Source: Catajapyx aquilonaris (Eukaryota). From it: DNA of 64,000 bases. The stretch is taken from positions 1 to 64,000 of the forward strand of contig KZ538262.1 in NCBI GenBank assembly GCA_000934665.2, given 5' to 3'. The stretch's first letter is position 1. Each line of letters begins with the position of its first letter. Of the stretch, positions 44,504 to 62,600 are shown piece after piece. The notes under the pieces were generated by a model. That model had not been told where the DNA came from. It did not search any database and saw only the letters and a program-made list of their open reading frames with translations. A program made the translations under genes and the position numbers.

Positions 44504-45476
44504 ATTTTTTAGCCCCTTGGGATTGGAACCACGACACGAGAGGGAAAAGCTCCCGAAGTTAGAGGCATATTTGTTTATTGTCTGGGAGCACCAGGGAGTA
44601 CCAGGGAGTACCACTGCAGGTGTACACCGGAGTACCGAAGTGAGTACCCCCTTGGCCAGGACAAACGAATATGCAGGGTGGGGAACAGTGGTCATGTTAT
44701 TTTTTATCAGGAAGTCCCTGACTACGCGTGAGGTGTGTGCAGGCGGCATTGTCATGGTGCAGCAACCAGTCTATATATGTTCTTCCACATCTCCGGCCAT
44801 TTGAGCCTAAATCGTCTCAAACCATCCCAGTAGGCCCTAATACTTGCCGTTGACAGTTTTACCAGGAGGGAGAAACTCCATATGCATAATTCCTAAAATG
44901 TCAAAGAAAATGGTCAGCATTGAGTTGATTTTGCTGCAAACTTGACGCGCCGCGCCACCTTCGAAGCTGTTAACCCACTCATATATGTTATTGCTTGTCT
45001 TACAACTTGCATCACCAAAACCACGGTTCAGCATTCGGTTGGTTGCATCCGAAGTTTTGTTGAGCTGGAAGCAAAATTTACAAATCTTTTGCTCCCTAAC
45101 ATAAGCGATTTCGAAAAATCGCAGAAGCACAAGAACACGGTGTCAAAAAAACTGCCGAAACTCGGAAACATGCGCACCTATGAAGACGAAATTTTTCAGA
45201 CTAATAGATGAAAGGTGTAAACTAGCGCCCCCTAACGTCACAAGTTCGTACTTCCACTGGATTTCACGGTATATCGACAGTCCGGGAACTTTTTGATCAC
45301 ACCTAGTACACCTTTAAATTATTTCCGTAGTTTCCATCGATGTGTGGAAGCCGCAAAGAAGGCATACATTCTCTCAAGGGTTCCAAAAAATTTCACACAT
45401 CACTTGGGTGTCACCCCCTTTGAGGGCGTCACCCGGTGCGGTCCGCACCCCCCGCACCTGCCCAGCGACGCCCCTG

Positions 45477-47793
45477 AGTAACCCGTATAGAGTAACCCCG
45501 AGGAAGTAACCCATATAGAGCGCAACTCATAGAGGATAACCCATATAGAGCGTAACCCATATAGGGAGGAACCCATATAGGGAGGAACCCATATAGATCG
45601 CAACTCAGAGGATAACCCATATAGAGCGTAACGAATATAGGGAGTAACCCATATAGGGAGAAATGCATATAGAGGATAACCCATATAGAGCGTAACCCAT
45701 ATAGCGAGTAACCCATACAGCGAGTAACTTATATAGGTAGGAATCCATATAGAGCATAACCCATATAGGTAGGAATCCATATAAAGCATAACCCATAATA
45801 GAGTAACCCCGAGGGAGTAACCCATATAGGGAATAACCCATATAATCGGTAACCCATATAGCGCGTAACCCATATAGAGTAACCCATATAGGGAATAACC
45901 CATATAATCGGTAACCCATATAGCGCGTAACCCATATAGAGTAACCCATATAGGGAGAAATCCATATAGAGGATAACCCATATAGGGAGTAACCCATATA
46001 GAGCGTAACCCATATAGCGAGTAACCCATATAGCGAGTAACTTACATAGGTAGGAATCCATATAGAGCATAACCCATATAGGTAGGAATCCATATAGAGC
46101 ATAACCCATATAGGTAGGAATCCATATAGAGCATAACCCATATAGGTAGGAATCCATATAGAGCATAACCCATAATAGAGTAACCCCGAGGGAGTAACCC
46201 ATATAGGGAATAACCTATATAATCGGTAACCCATATAGCGCGTAACCCATATAGAGTAACCCATATAGGGAGAAATCCATGTAGAGGATAACCCATATAG
46301 GGAGTAACCCATATAGGGAGAAATCCATATTGATAACCCATATATAGAGCGTATCCCATATAGGAAGTAACCCATATAGAGAGAAATCCATATAGAGGAT
46401 AACCTATATAGAGCGTAACCCATATAGGGAGTAACCCATATAGGGAGAAATCCATATAGAGGATAACCCATATAGAGGATAACCCATATAGAGCGTAACC
46501 CGTATAGCGAGTAACTTATATAGAGCGTAATCCATATAACCCATATAGGGAGGAACCCATATAGAGCGCAACTCATGAAGGATAGCCCATATAGAGCGTA
46601 ACCCATATAGGGAGGAACGCATATAGAGCGCAACTCATAGAGGATCACTCATATAAAGCGTAACCCATATAGAGCGTAACCCATATAGGGAGTAACCCAT
46701 ATAGGGAGAAATCCATATAGAGGATAACCCATATAGAGGATAACCCATATAGAGCGTAACCCGTATAGCGAGTAACTTATATAGAGCGTAATCCATATAA
46801 CCCATATAGGGAGGAACCCATATAGAGCGCAACTCATGAAGGATAGCCCATATAGAGCGTAACCCATNTAATCCATGAGGAGGGTAACCCATATAACCAA
46901 TGCATGGAGTAAACCATATAGTGCTTAACCCATACATGGAGTAAACCATATAGCGCTTAACCCATACATGGAGTAAACCATATAGCGCTTAACCCATACA
47001 TGGAGTAAACCATATAGCGCTTAACCCATACATGGAGTAAACCATATAGCGCTTAACCCATACATGGAGTAACCTCTATTGAGTAACCCAAATAGAGAGT
47101 GACCAATATAGAGTAATCCATATAGAGCGTGACCGATATAAAGGGTAATCCATGTAGAGGGTGACCCATAAAACACATATGTAGTAACCCATATAGGGAG
47201 TAACCCATAAAGCGCTTAACCCATATAGAGTAACCCATATAGGCAGTAACACAAAGAGTAACCCATATAGAGGGTAACCCATATAGCGCGTAACCCATAT
47301 AAACGGTAACCCATAAAGGGAGTAACCCATATGGAGGGTAACCCATATAGAGCGTGACCGATATAGAGTTATCTGTGTAGAGGGTAACCCATATAGGTAA
47401 CCCATATAACCCATATAGCTCGTAACCCATATAACCCATATAGCTCGTAACCCATAAAATGAGTAACCCATATAGAGGGTAACCCTTACAGAACGTAACC
47501 CATATTACCCATATAGGGAGGAACCCATATATAGCGTAACACATATAGAGAGTAACTCATATAACCCATATAGGGAGGAACCCATATATAGCGTAACACA
47601 TATAGAGAGTAACCCATATAACCCATATAGGGAGGAACCCATATATAGCGTAACACATATAGAGAGTAACCCATATAACCCATATAGGGAGGAACCCATA
47701 TATAGCGTAACACATATAGAGAGTAACCCATATAACCCATATAGAGGGTAACCCATATAACCTGATATAACCCATATAGCGCTTAACCCATAT
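45477..47793. repeat. ACCCATAT-core complex satellite (~2.3 kb) with local higher-order units
   Basis: ~10-17 bp monomers such as GTAACCCATATAGAG. Sub-arrays of 32 bp (~46045-46170; ~46910-47070) and 57 bp (~47500-47740). Confidence 0.95.
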
Positions 47794-49698
47794 AGGTTGG
47801 AAACCACTGATTTCGGCAGTATGTAAGTTGGTTTCAGTGTGGGAAATGTGGTTTTATTGCCAACAGTGCAGGAGTTGACACTATCAGGCAAGCTTGTAGC
47901 AAATGTCAAGCTTGTCGTGGAATGTCAGGGCTTTACTTTCCATACTTTTTTGCAGGTATAATATTATTGTAACATATCAGATATTCTGGATGAGCAGTGA
48001 AGCGACAAAGGATTATTATTTGCCATGTCCCAATCAATAATTTCGTTTATATTTTGGGTTATCGGTTGTCTCCCTTCATCGCTGACTACCCCTCATAGGG
48101 AAATGTCGTGTGGTTGTTGTTGTATGTCCCCATCACCTCTGCGCCTCTTCTCCCCCCCAACCACCATCAACAGAAGGCTGAAGGGGAAGAGGTACATATT
48201 TATTGTTGTACATTTTCTCATGCAGTACCTTATCTCTCTAAGAAATTGGTAGATCATTATTTTGTGCATCTTTTATCTGCGTTATGAGATGATGCAGATG
48301 TGTCTGAGGATATTTGCATATTTCAATGTACAGACTACTCACATCAATGCAAAGGCATTTTGGGCAGATATTGACATATTGTAAACACGTCAACTCGCTG
48401 CCAACAGTGTTCAGATAACAGCTTTCCTGATTCATTTACCAAGAAGTGGGACAAAAGTGTTTTATGTGAACAATGGGACAGTAGGCATATATGAAAATGT
48501 GCCCAATAATTCTGCATAATTATGAACTTTTCACATTAGCTTCTACTATTAATCAAGTGCAAATTATTATTTAATATACTCAATCATTATATCCCCTCTC
48601 ATGTTAATAGGCAAGACTTTAATGTCACTGCACTGCATTGAACCTTTGTCACCAATAGGGCAACAGATTTCCTGAACAAATCATTTTAAACTACCATTCC
48701 CTTGCAAATTACCTCCAAGCTGTTGAAGGAGCTGCTGTACAATCATACAGATGCATTTTCATAAATTCAACTCATCATCTATGGCTATGGCAAATTTGCA
48801 TTTTTAAAACATCATAACCACAGCTGTTCCTTGCCTGTTAGCCTACAAGAATATCTGGTGCTTTGATATGTTCCACACTGCCTCAGATTCAGATATGAAA
48901 CTTTGTTTATGTATGAAGAAGTCACATTTCAGAGGTCCAAGACTAACTTGGGTTTTGTTGTACTATTGTGTCGGATATTCAGATTCATATATTATTTACA
49001 CAAGCAATAAAATAATACTTACAAACTCATCACAGTGTCAGTACTGTCAGCTGCCATGGTAAAGTGCTTACTGAAAGAAATATCTGAAAAGGAACCCTTT
49101 CACTGTCAACATGGACAAATACTATACATCACAGGAACACCAGAGAACTGAAGTGTTCCATGATATTCTCATGTCATAGTTGTGGCTTAAAAAGTAATAG
49201 ATTAATTATTGCTATTCTAACTGTACGGCTGTACTGTGACCTGCAATCATGGCCGGTCATTTGTGAACAGCGCTTGCCTGGACACACCTAAACTGTTACC
49301 AGACCTACACTACAAATAAAATCCATTTATCTGGTAGAAGCAAACAGCTTCACCACATAAAAATTAATGAAGAGGAGAACATGCAATATTTTTAGAGGAG
49401 CAAAAACGAGGAATTGAATCGACAGTCATTTCCTCTTGAGAGTGTGAGTTTAATGCACAAAATAGAACAAATTTCACAATTCCACCTCAGAATCAAGGTG
49501 CCAGCAGCAGCAGGCTACATGTAGCCATTTTTTTTTCAACTTTTCATATTTTCAGGAATACACTTTGCCACAGGAACTGCCCCCCTCCCCTATACCTCCC
49601 CAAACAATAACATTAATAATAATTAAAAGAAAACAAGGGGAAACATAGTAGCATCCTGCTCAGCCATGGTTTTCAAAGACTTGCAATTAAAAATATTC

Positions 49699-49742
<44 letters not shown>

Positions 49743-49744
49743 TA
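49699..49744. repeat. (AAT)n microsatellite
   Basis: Direct reading. Confidence 0.9.
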
Positions 49745-52162
49745 AGCAAGAATTATGCAACAACAGCGAGGAAGTGGGAAAGAGATGGACACAAGGAATA
49801 TCATAGGAAGCAAAACAATCTGTACAAAGTGAAGGGCGTTGAGGGAAAGAAGTTACACTGCAACAATGCAGCTACCAAGCTCTTTTTTTCACAAGACTGT
49901 ACAATAAGCTACATGTGTTTCTTTTTTTTCTATATATAAATTCCACATGCAGGTCAACGTCCTCGCACACCCCTCCCCCCGTCCCCCAAACTCATATTGA
50001 ACCATTTCGAGGACCCCCACTACATGCTAATCACAAGACAAGAAGAAAAATAAGCTGCCGGCAAAAAAAATAATGAAAGACACCTGCATTATCATCATTA
50101 TTATAATTATTATCTTAGTTTTCCTCTTTTTTCTGCAACTAGCTTAACAATGGTAATACTGAGAGACAAGACAGCACTGCAGCCCTCCAAAAAAAATTAT
50201 TCTTGAGTGGTGGAGAAAGAAATTGAAAAAAAAGAAGTACTTAACTACACTCATTTACATATTGCACCTCCCAAAACAATCATGAAGGGATAATGTAAAC
50301 CCCCCAGAAAATCTGATGACTCCAACAATGGGACTGAACATGCATGTATTTCATTTTGTTTCAATCAACTTCAACTGCACGAGTTTCTTTCCATTGTTAG
50401 CACCAATACTGTGTGTAAAAAAAATTCACATTGTCATCATCTCCAGAAGTGACAAAGAGCCCAAAACTGAAGCGTCAGCAAGAAGCACAACTCCAAACCA
50501 AAATTTTCCCCCCTTTTCTTCTGGAGAAGACATGAGCAGTGATGTGTGTGTGGGTGTGTATGGAGTGTATGTGGTAGGATATTGTATGTGTGTGAAACAT
50601 GTGTTTACATGAAATGTGGAAATAAAAAGAGCTGCAGCAACTGTACAACGACCTATGTAAAAAACGATGACCCAAAAATGTCAATGACCTGTTTGAACCC
50701 CTGCTCTGGGAGACCACAATAATAGTAATAATAATAATAAACAAAACAAAAAAGGAAAAGAGAAAACAAAGACAAAAATGTACACAATACATTTCATAGC
50801 GCCTTTGTGAAAAATATCAAAGTGCCTACTTTTTTTTTTTTTTTTTTTGTACAAGACAGGTTCACATTGTTATCACAAGGAGGCAGGAGGACCCTACAAT
50901 AGCTGCTATCCCCAGTTTGAGTTAAGCTATTATTTCTTCTTTAACTTTTTGAAAGGGGGATAAGATCATTATATTTGAAAATGGTGAGTCCTTCTACTAA
51001 ACCTCCTGCTCTCCCTTTTCCTCAGCATCAGTGTTGCATATTCTCTAGCGCATCATCTCTTTAAAATTCTTCTGCCATTTAATTCACTGCGTCTTCAAAT
51101 CATCAAATACATCACTTAAATGCAATATATCAGCAGTGAGTTTTTTTTGTTTTGTATTTTTTTGGTGGGTCTAAGTAGTGGTGCAGCAGGGAGTCACTAA
51201 TGCCATAGTTGAGGTCACTGGTTAATAATATAAAATGAGTATGGTACTGCCTAGTTGGCTATCACTAACTTCAGGATTTACTATTTAAAAATGTAGCAAA
51301 ACTTACTCAAGTGTTTAAAAAAATTGAGACGAGACACCTATTAATTGTACCAGAGTAAAGTCAACAAACCTACTGATTTTTTTTCCAGGCATGCAAATTC
51401 AAATGTCTAGTACAAAAACATACAATGTTCACAATTGCCTGTAAATGCTAGGTTGTAAGAGTTGCATGTCAGCATTTTTGCCATACGCATAGCATAGCGG
51501 AGCATAGCACAGCACATTCGTCGTGAACAATTATCAAATCATTCTCTCAAATGAAAAAGTCCCGATCCTAAATATGATCCTCACTGCACCACATTGGACC
51601 CACAAAGGTAAGAAAGAAAGGCGCACGTGCTTGGAGAGAAGAAGAAAAACATTTTCCTCGTGAAGAAAACAGCAGGGGAGGGCCTTCGAGGCATTTTGTG
51701 TTCGATTCAGCCTCAAAAAACAAACTTGATCATTGCCACCTGTCATTTAGAGCTTCCTTTCACAGTTGGCAGTGTGATGGCTTTTAAAGGTTCTTGTTGT
51801 CGTTTACTTATTTTTCTTCCAGAAGCAAGTATGAAAACAGAAAGTGTGCGGCAGTTGCATTGTTGCTCTTTGTCCCTGCATTTTGCTGTTTGTACTTCAC
51901 TCCCCTGCTGCTTTTCCTGCTTATTTATTTTTTCCTGGCATGCATTCCATGCACGTGCCTACATACACACATTATATTTGCGCGGTATATTTTCAAAAAT
52001 GATGTTGTTTTGTCTCATATGCAACACGACTGCAGTTACGCTGTCATATTCTGGGAAACCAGGAAGAACATTACAGTATTTTCTTCACTTCTGTTTACCT
52101 CTTAATCATGCACAAACTCTTAAAAATCTCTAACAATGTGTCTCATTTTCTCTATAGCAGTA

Positions 52163-52222
52163 TTATCATTATTATTATTATTATTTATTATTATTATCAT
52201 TATTATTATTATTATTATTATT
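52163..52222. repeat. Imperfect (ATT)n microsatellite
   Basis: Direct reading. Confidence 0.85.
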
Positions 52223-54423
52223 CATAACACTATGTTGTACAAAACTTAGAACAATTATCTGTTGTTGTTTTTTCTCATCTGTCATCGTGATCAGCATCAT
52301 ATACATAACATTCATTAATAAACAATGGAATTTGAGGAATAATAGATACCTGTACATCTTCTAAATAGCTACATATACATCTACTGCAACATCTGACCCC
52401 TTTTTTCCCTGTATTTTAAAAATCTGCTCCACAGGTCAAAAAAAAATGAAAAATAATAACTGTGGCAAATCAGAGGAGATAAAAGTGGCGAGGAGGACGA
52501 TATTTTTCAGAGGATTTTTGTATGTTTTCTTCTGGGAGTAATCCCAGTTGTTGCTTTCATGGTGTTTGTGAGAAAGAGTCTTGACGGGATGCTACAGTTG
52601 GGTACATTTTTTTTTTTTGTCACAAGTTGGCTCAAGCGAGTTAAAGGTCTTTTTTTCCTTCTTCGTTTTTACCTTGGAAACATTACTGGCCAATATTGGC
52701 TTTCTAACTAGCTGGCAAAATCAACAATTCTATAATAGCACATAACTCGCTCTCACCAAATTTCAATTACCCAACTATGATTAGCTTGCACTGCTACTTG
52801 TAGTTGCTCTTTTTTTCTTTTTTTTTTAAACGGGCTGTTTCATTGACGTAAACACTGGCACAACATACTGGCAGTCTCTTCCTGCTGTGGTGGGTAGTTA
52901 TAGTAACATTAGTAGTAGCAGCAATAGTAGTAGTAAAATCTTCCACATGCACACACACCAAAGAGAAATGGGTGGGATTCTTCTCGCATTTTCTACTCTT
53001 GAGTCGAAGGGAGGATTGTAAAAAATAAAAATTACAGATTTTTTTTTTCTTCACCATGTTTCTCACTCAGCACTAAAAAAATTATATCTTGAGACAGTTT
53101 TTGTGCTACTTTTTGTTGTATGTACTGTAAGGTAAATGTTTCCACTCTTTCTCACTTAATTGGTTTCTTTCCGTCAGGACTTTCCTCTGTTTCTCACTCT
53201 ATTTCCTTCTTCAAAGGTTTTTTTTTTTTTTTTTTAAACTAACAGAAATTAAAAATTGGGTGCAATTTGTAGGCAAGAGGGGAGGAGGCGGTTCAAATGA
53301 AGAGAGGGAAAACATTTTTCTGAGGTGGGGGGGAAAAACATAAGGAAAAAAATCACTTTTGGCGTCATACCTGAATGCAAGGACGGCATCCTAAAAATCT
53401 GACAATTTCACAGGAAATTATATTTATATATATATTTATATATATATTTTATAGATATATCTATGTAGGTATTATGTATAAAAAAAGGAGGTTGTCAGTT
53501 TGTTGTTGTTGGTGTTGTTGTTGTTGTCTTAAAGCACCTTCCCAGCTTTAGGAATCAGACAGCAATGCAATTGAAAAAAGGCACCTTATTCGCTGTCCCA
53601 AAAAATGTTTCCTCGTGTCACTCCTGTTTTTTTTCCTTTTAAACTTTGTACAAACGCGTGCAAAAAAAAAACTTTTTTCTTTCCCCGCTGTGGGTTTTTG
53701 GATTGAACCTCTTACCACACGTGCACAAGCTCTATAAAATCTCTCAGTACCCAACAAGAATCGTTCAGAAATAAACAGAGAGAGAAAAGAAACATAAAAT
53801 CTGATCCACTATCAAATCCACTTGACTTTCTTTTTAAAATAAAACAGAAAAAAATGAACTCCATTAAAAAACGCATGCGTCTCACTTCCTGTCCACGTTC
53901 CAACAAGTCTCACTACGTCACCTAAAAAAACTAAACAAACGACGATTCCCAGCACTTGTCGTGTTTTCACAGCCAAATTCTCTCTTGGAAGATTAGAATT
54001 CTCTTTAAAAACTCCCTTTTTTGACATATACTTAAAAGCCCTAATCTTTCTCCCTTTATTTTTTTCCCTCGCTTCTATTCCCTGTTACCCGGGTCAAAAT
54101 AATAACTAAAAAACACTCCCGTTGATTAGCATCCAGGGAAAAGAACATAAAAAAATCAAAACGAACGAGAGAATTACTTTCAAAAAACGCACACAGCGAG
54201 GATTTTGAAAACCGAGTCTTGTGTATTCCTTTCTCTTCCCCCTTTTTTCCTCCTTCTTTAGTCCACACTTGCCTATGTCTTCCTCTCTTCTGTGGATGTT
54301 GAAAAGTTGCTGAAGAGACCGAAAGATTATACGACAAAAAGAATGGGGGAAAAAGGGAACTAGAGGTGTGAAGTGCTGCGCTTCTTTTTTGCGTGATGCC
54401 TAACATGGCCATGCAGTAACTGT

Positions 54424-59421
<4,998 letters not shown>

Positions 59422-59646
59422 TTACACAATAATCATAAGTGGCCACCGGGTCACTAGTGCCATCTGAAGCATCCTGGCACATGTCCCATCAGCACTGCCG
59501 GCAAGCCATATAGCCAGTGCTCATAATGTAACAATTTCCCCCTCCCTTTCAGACCCCCCACTCCACCTGAATCACACTTCGCCTTCCGTGTCCGCAATAT
59601 CCTGATCCGCAACTTCATCATCTTCCCCCTCTCCTCTTTTCTAATG

Positions 59647-59695
59647 TGGTCAATGAAAGGTCAATGCGGGTCAATGAAGAGCGAAGACGCACGTG
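59647..59695 (+). promoter_or_regulatory. Cluster of nuclear-receptor half-sites (DR5+DR4) plus an E-box in the EcR upstream intron
   Basis: TGGTCA-n5-AGGTCA-n4-GGGTCA, each followed by ATG. CACGTG at 59690-59695. Confidence 0.45.
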
Positions 59696-62600
59696 GTCGC
59701 CAGAATCGGGTGAAAATGCCACCTGACGGGAAGGTGCCCAACTGCACACCCGCTGGCAACAATTGACTCGGTAATTTTAATTTAACCAATAAACCCTTCC
59801 ATGCCCTGTTTTATTTTATGCGGATGCTTTACGTAATATTAAAAACGAGCGTTTGAACCGAACCTGCAGTTTAATGACAGGCGGAGGGTTTTTTAAAAAG
59901 AGGTGATGCGCATTATGCATATTGGCAACGCGTTAGTTCATTGATCTCCGTCCGTTTTATGCAATTTACTCTCATTAACCCAACGACCACGCCCACATAA
60001 ATAACAGGGATCTAACGTACGTAAAATGAAATGCAGTAAATGTCCCTTCATACAGATCGTCCGTCTGAAAAGGCGGGCTTTTTGTATACTATCCAGACAA
60101 GCTGAAACGGGTGGTAAATCAATGCCGCTAAATTTTCAGACACACGCGGAAAAAACTGGCGAAAATTGAAAAATAAGCAAATGTGCCTTATAACATCATA
60201 AAAAATTGCAAAGAATTGACTCGTTGTACGAAAGTTAAATCCGGCGTCACTTATGCGTATTAACCGAGAAGTACAGTCAAGGTGAATCTCTTATACATTT
60301 ATGGCGAATTATATAGGAAATCTTCCACGAATCTCGTCCCTTTTTGCTGGAATGTTCATCATATAATCTCCCCCTTAATTCTGGTCCATACCACCTGGCA
60401 TATATGCGGTAACATCCAATTTCGCATCATCCAAACTCCGCCGTTCAAAAACGTCCGCCTCTTCTTTTCCCTTAACCAACTCCCCTTGAACCCCTGGCAA
60501 AAACGTGACTGCATTACCATTCCTCCCCAGCTTGCGAAAAAAAAAAGAACAAAACAAGCCCTCTACTCTCCTCAGGCCGAAAAGGAGTCTCGAGATGCCT
60601 GCAAAAACTGGCCCCACCGGAGCCCCAGCAATTTCTGGAAGCTCTTCGCCAAAAGGGCCCACAACAAGCTCCGATCGGCAACCATCCAACTATCTCACCG
60701 AGTCCTCTTTTATTTTATTTTTTATTGCCATCCTCCCCATTTTGGCGGTCAACGGACAGCAGCCCTCTTTGAATTGGCCTCAGGAATTCTGGTTGCAATT
60801 TTTGCTTCCTCTGGTTTGCAACAACAACAACAACAAAAAATCCCGAGTTCCTTACCCCCAACCCTATTGGTATGGCCCCCGTGTCACCTGCAGAGAAGCC
60901 CGCCTCTTACCATATGAATGGATGCGGACATTATGCGGGTGACCAAACCGCGGCTGCTTCGGCCCTGTAAATATTCACTCACTCCGTCTCGCCATGAGGT
61001 AGGTACACTGCTGCACAGTGCACATCCTGGAGGCCATATTCGCCCTTGACTCCATGTCTGACCTCTCTTCTCTTTTTCATACGTGAGAGCCAAACCGGTC
61101 CTCCGCCCACCCCATAGCCCCCCTAGCTAGGCACAATAGGTGAAGGGGAAAAAATATATATACACACATATGCGTGGGCGAACTACCCACTTGCTCGGGG
61201 TGAGTATTGTTTTACCCCAAATTCGTAGTAGCGATGGGGAAAAAATTATTACACCTACAACTTGTTAGCAGCTCGTTCATACGAGGGATATAATTATATC
61301 ACCTCGTATATATTTGAATTTAGCAGTATGTGCTAAGAGCAGCAATGCTAAAAATTAGCAGCTACTTCTAAGTTCAGCTATTTATACTTGCACATATTTC
61401 CATATGAAATCTAGTCAGAAATGGAGATGCATTTATTTTTAAACCCAGACGTGACAATCACACTCTAACAGGTTAATTATTGCCATGTGAGTTAATTTTC
61501 GTTATATATGCAAATTTTATTAGTACTTGTAGTTGTTATTTTCCATCCATATTAATAATTCGCATCATTTCCCAGAATCCGGCATTCAGATGTCACAGCG
61601 TTGTGTAATGAACCGGTCGCTTCCCATACATACTAACTCCGAAAAAAAAATACGAACCCGTATTGACAGCGGCACGTAAGGAAAACAGGAAACGCGCATC
61701 CCATCCCTGAATACACATGTGCCCTTTTGCCTGTTGGGTCACTTCCGACGCCTGGGGCACTCATTCAAGTGGCATATACCCCCACACGTCACATACCATC
61801 AGCCAGAGATCCCCCCTACCTGATACCATGCATGGATGGCAGTTCTCATCTTTGTAAACCCCCCCCCNCCTCTCTCCCCTCTCCCATCCCTCCCATTTCC
61901 CCCTTTCCCTTTCTTTTCACGGCTAATGAGGTCATTAAACCATGCTGATGGCCACAACAGCGCCTCGCCGACCGTGACCAGCGTCTCTTATTCCTTTTTT
62001 GGTCCCCCTCCTTTTTCCTCTTACGCATCACACGTGACCATACAGCATCCCCCACCACCACCTCTATATTGGGATCAACCACCCACAAACGTGCCAGTTG
62101 GACCAATAGGTGCCTTCCCATTTCGGATGGCAAGGTGACCCGAGGTGTTCATCTTACATAAGTGACATGTAACTCCACCCGCGGACGATGGCCATGGTGT
62201 AATGACACCAGCGATTATGTCGTCCTTGCACCTGCCCATGTTACATGAGCGAATTTCCGTTCCCCATCAAAAGCTAGCGTAACTAAAACTACAAACTCCA
62301 CCCTCGAGTGACGCATAAACAATTGCAACCCATACATTGTTCATACTTTTTGATCAATCTGGCTCGAACCAATACCACAGGACCTTCAACCCTTCTGAAC
62401 CTGTGGTCGACCCTGAATTTAGATAAATGGGAGGATGACATGGTACGACCTCATCCGCGTTCATCAACTGTCCTTCACCTCCAAATTGTCCTTGAAGGGA
62501 TCGGTTCAGCCTCCAAAAAATGTGCCTATTGAACAAACCAGGTTGAAAGACCCTGACCCTCACCGACAAGGCTGGGAGGAAGGAAGGTTTACTTATTCGG

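Larger units (their letters stand above)
39974..45306 (-). mobile_element. Degenerate mariner (Tc1/mariner) transposon, interrupted by further insertions
   Basis: ~30-bp TIRs CGAGGTGTGATCGAAAAGTTCCCGGACTGT / ACAGTCCGGGAACTTTTTGATCACACCTAG with TA on both sides. Frameshifted transposase relics on minus: MLTIFFDILGIMHMEFLPPGKTVN (~44840-44920), DNA..AHTS..VPHPAYS (~44660-44760), and a C-terminal W..RW..C...GDYFEG-like segment (~40030-40100). Confidence 0.9.
39747..45476. mobile_element. Second hAT-type non-autonomous element, nested in the satellite of the first
   Basis: Imperfect TIRs CAGTGGCGTCTCTAG and (rc) CAGGGGCGTCGCTGG. Perfect 8-bp TSD AGTAACCC (39739-39746, 45477-45484). GTCACCCGGTGCGG subterminal repeats at both ends. 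Confidence 0.85.
39402..47809. mobile_element. Non-autonomous hAT (Charlie-like) element, expanded by internal satellite and nested insertions
   Basis: Perfect 16-bp TIRs CAGTGGTTTCCAACCT (39402-39417) and AGGTTGGAAACCACTG (47794-47809). 8-bp TSD ATTTAGGC / ATTTCGGC with one mismatch. Confidence 0.85.

Noticed and set aside
45477..47793. CRISPR-like or telomeric array
   Set aside because: No unique spacers or cas genes in this eukaryotic DNA, and the monomer is not TTAGG or TTAGGG.
45400..47909. Long Tyr/Gly-rich ORFs (up to 347 aa) on the minus strand
   Set aside because: Open in all three frames because the ACCCATAT satellite rarely makes minus-strand stops; they lie inside a transposon.
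60282..60942. 211-aa and 145-aa ORFs upstream of EcR as isoform-specific exons
   Set aside because: They are on the wrong strand for EcR and have no EcR-A or EcR-B1 N-terminal motifs.
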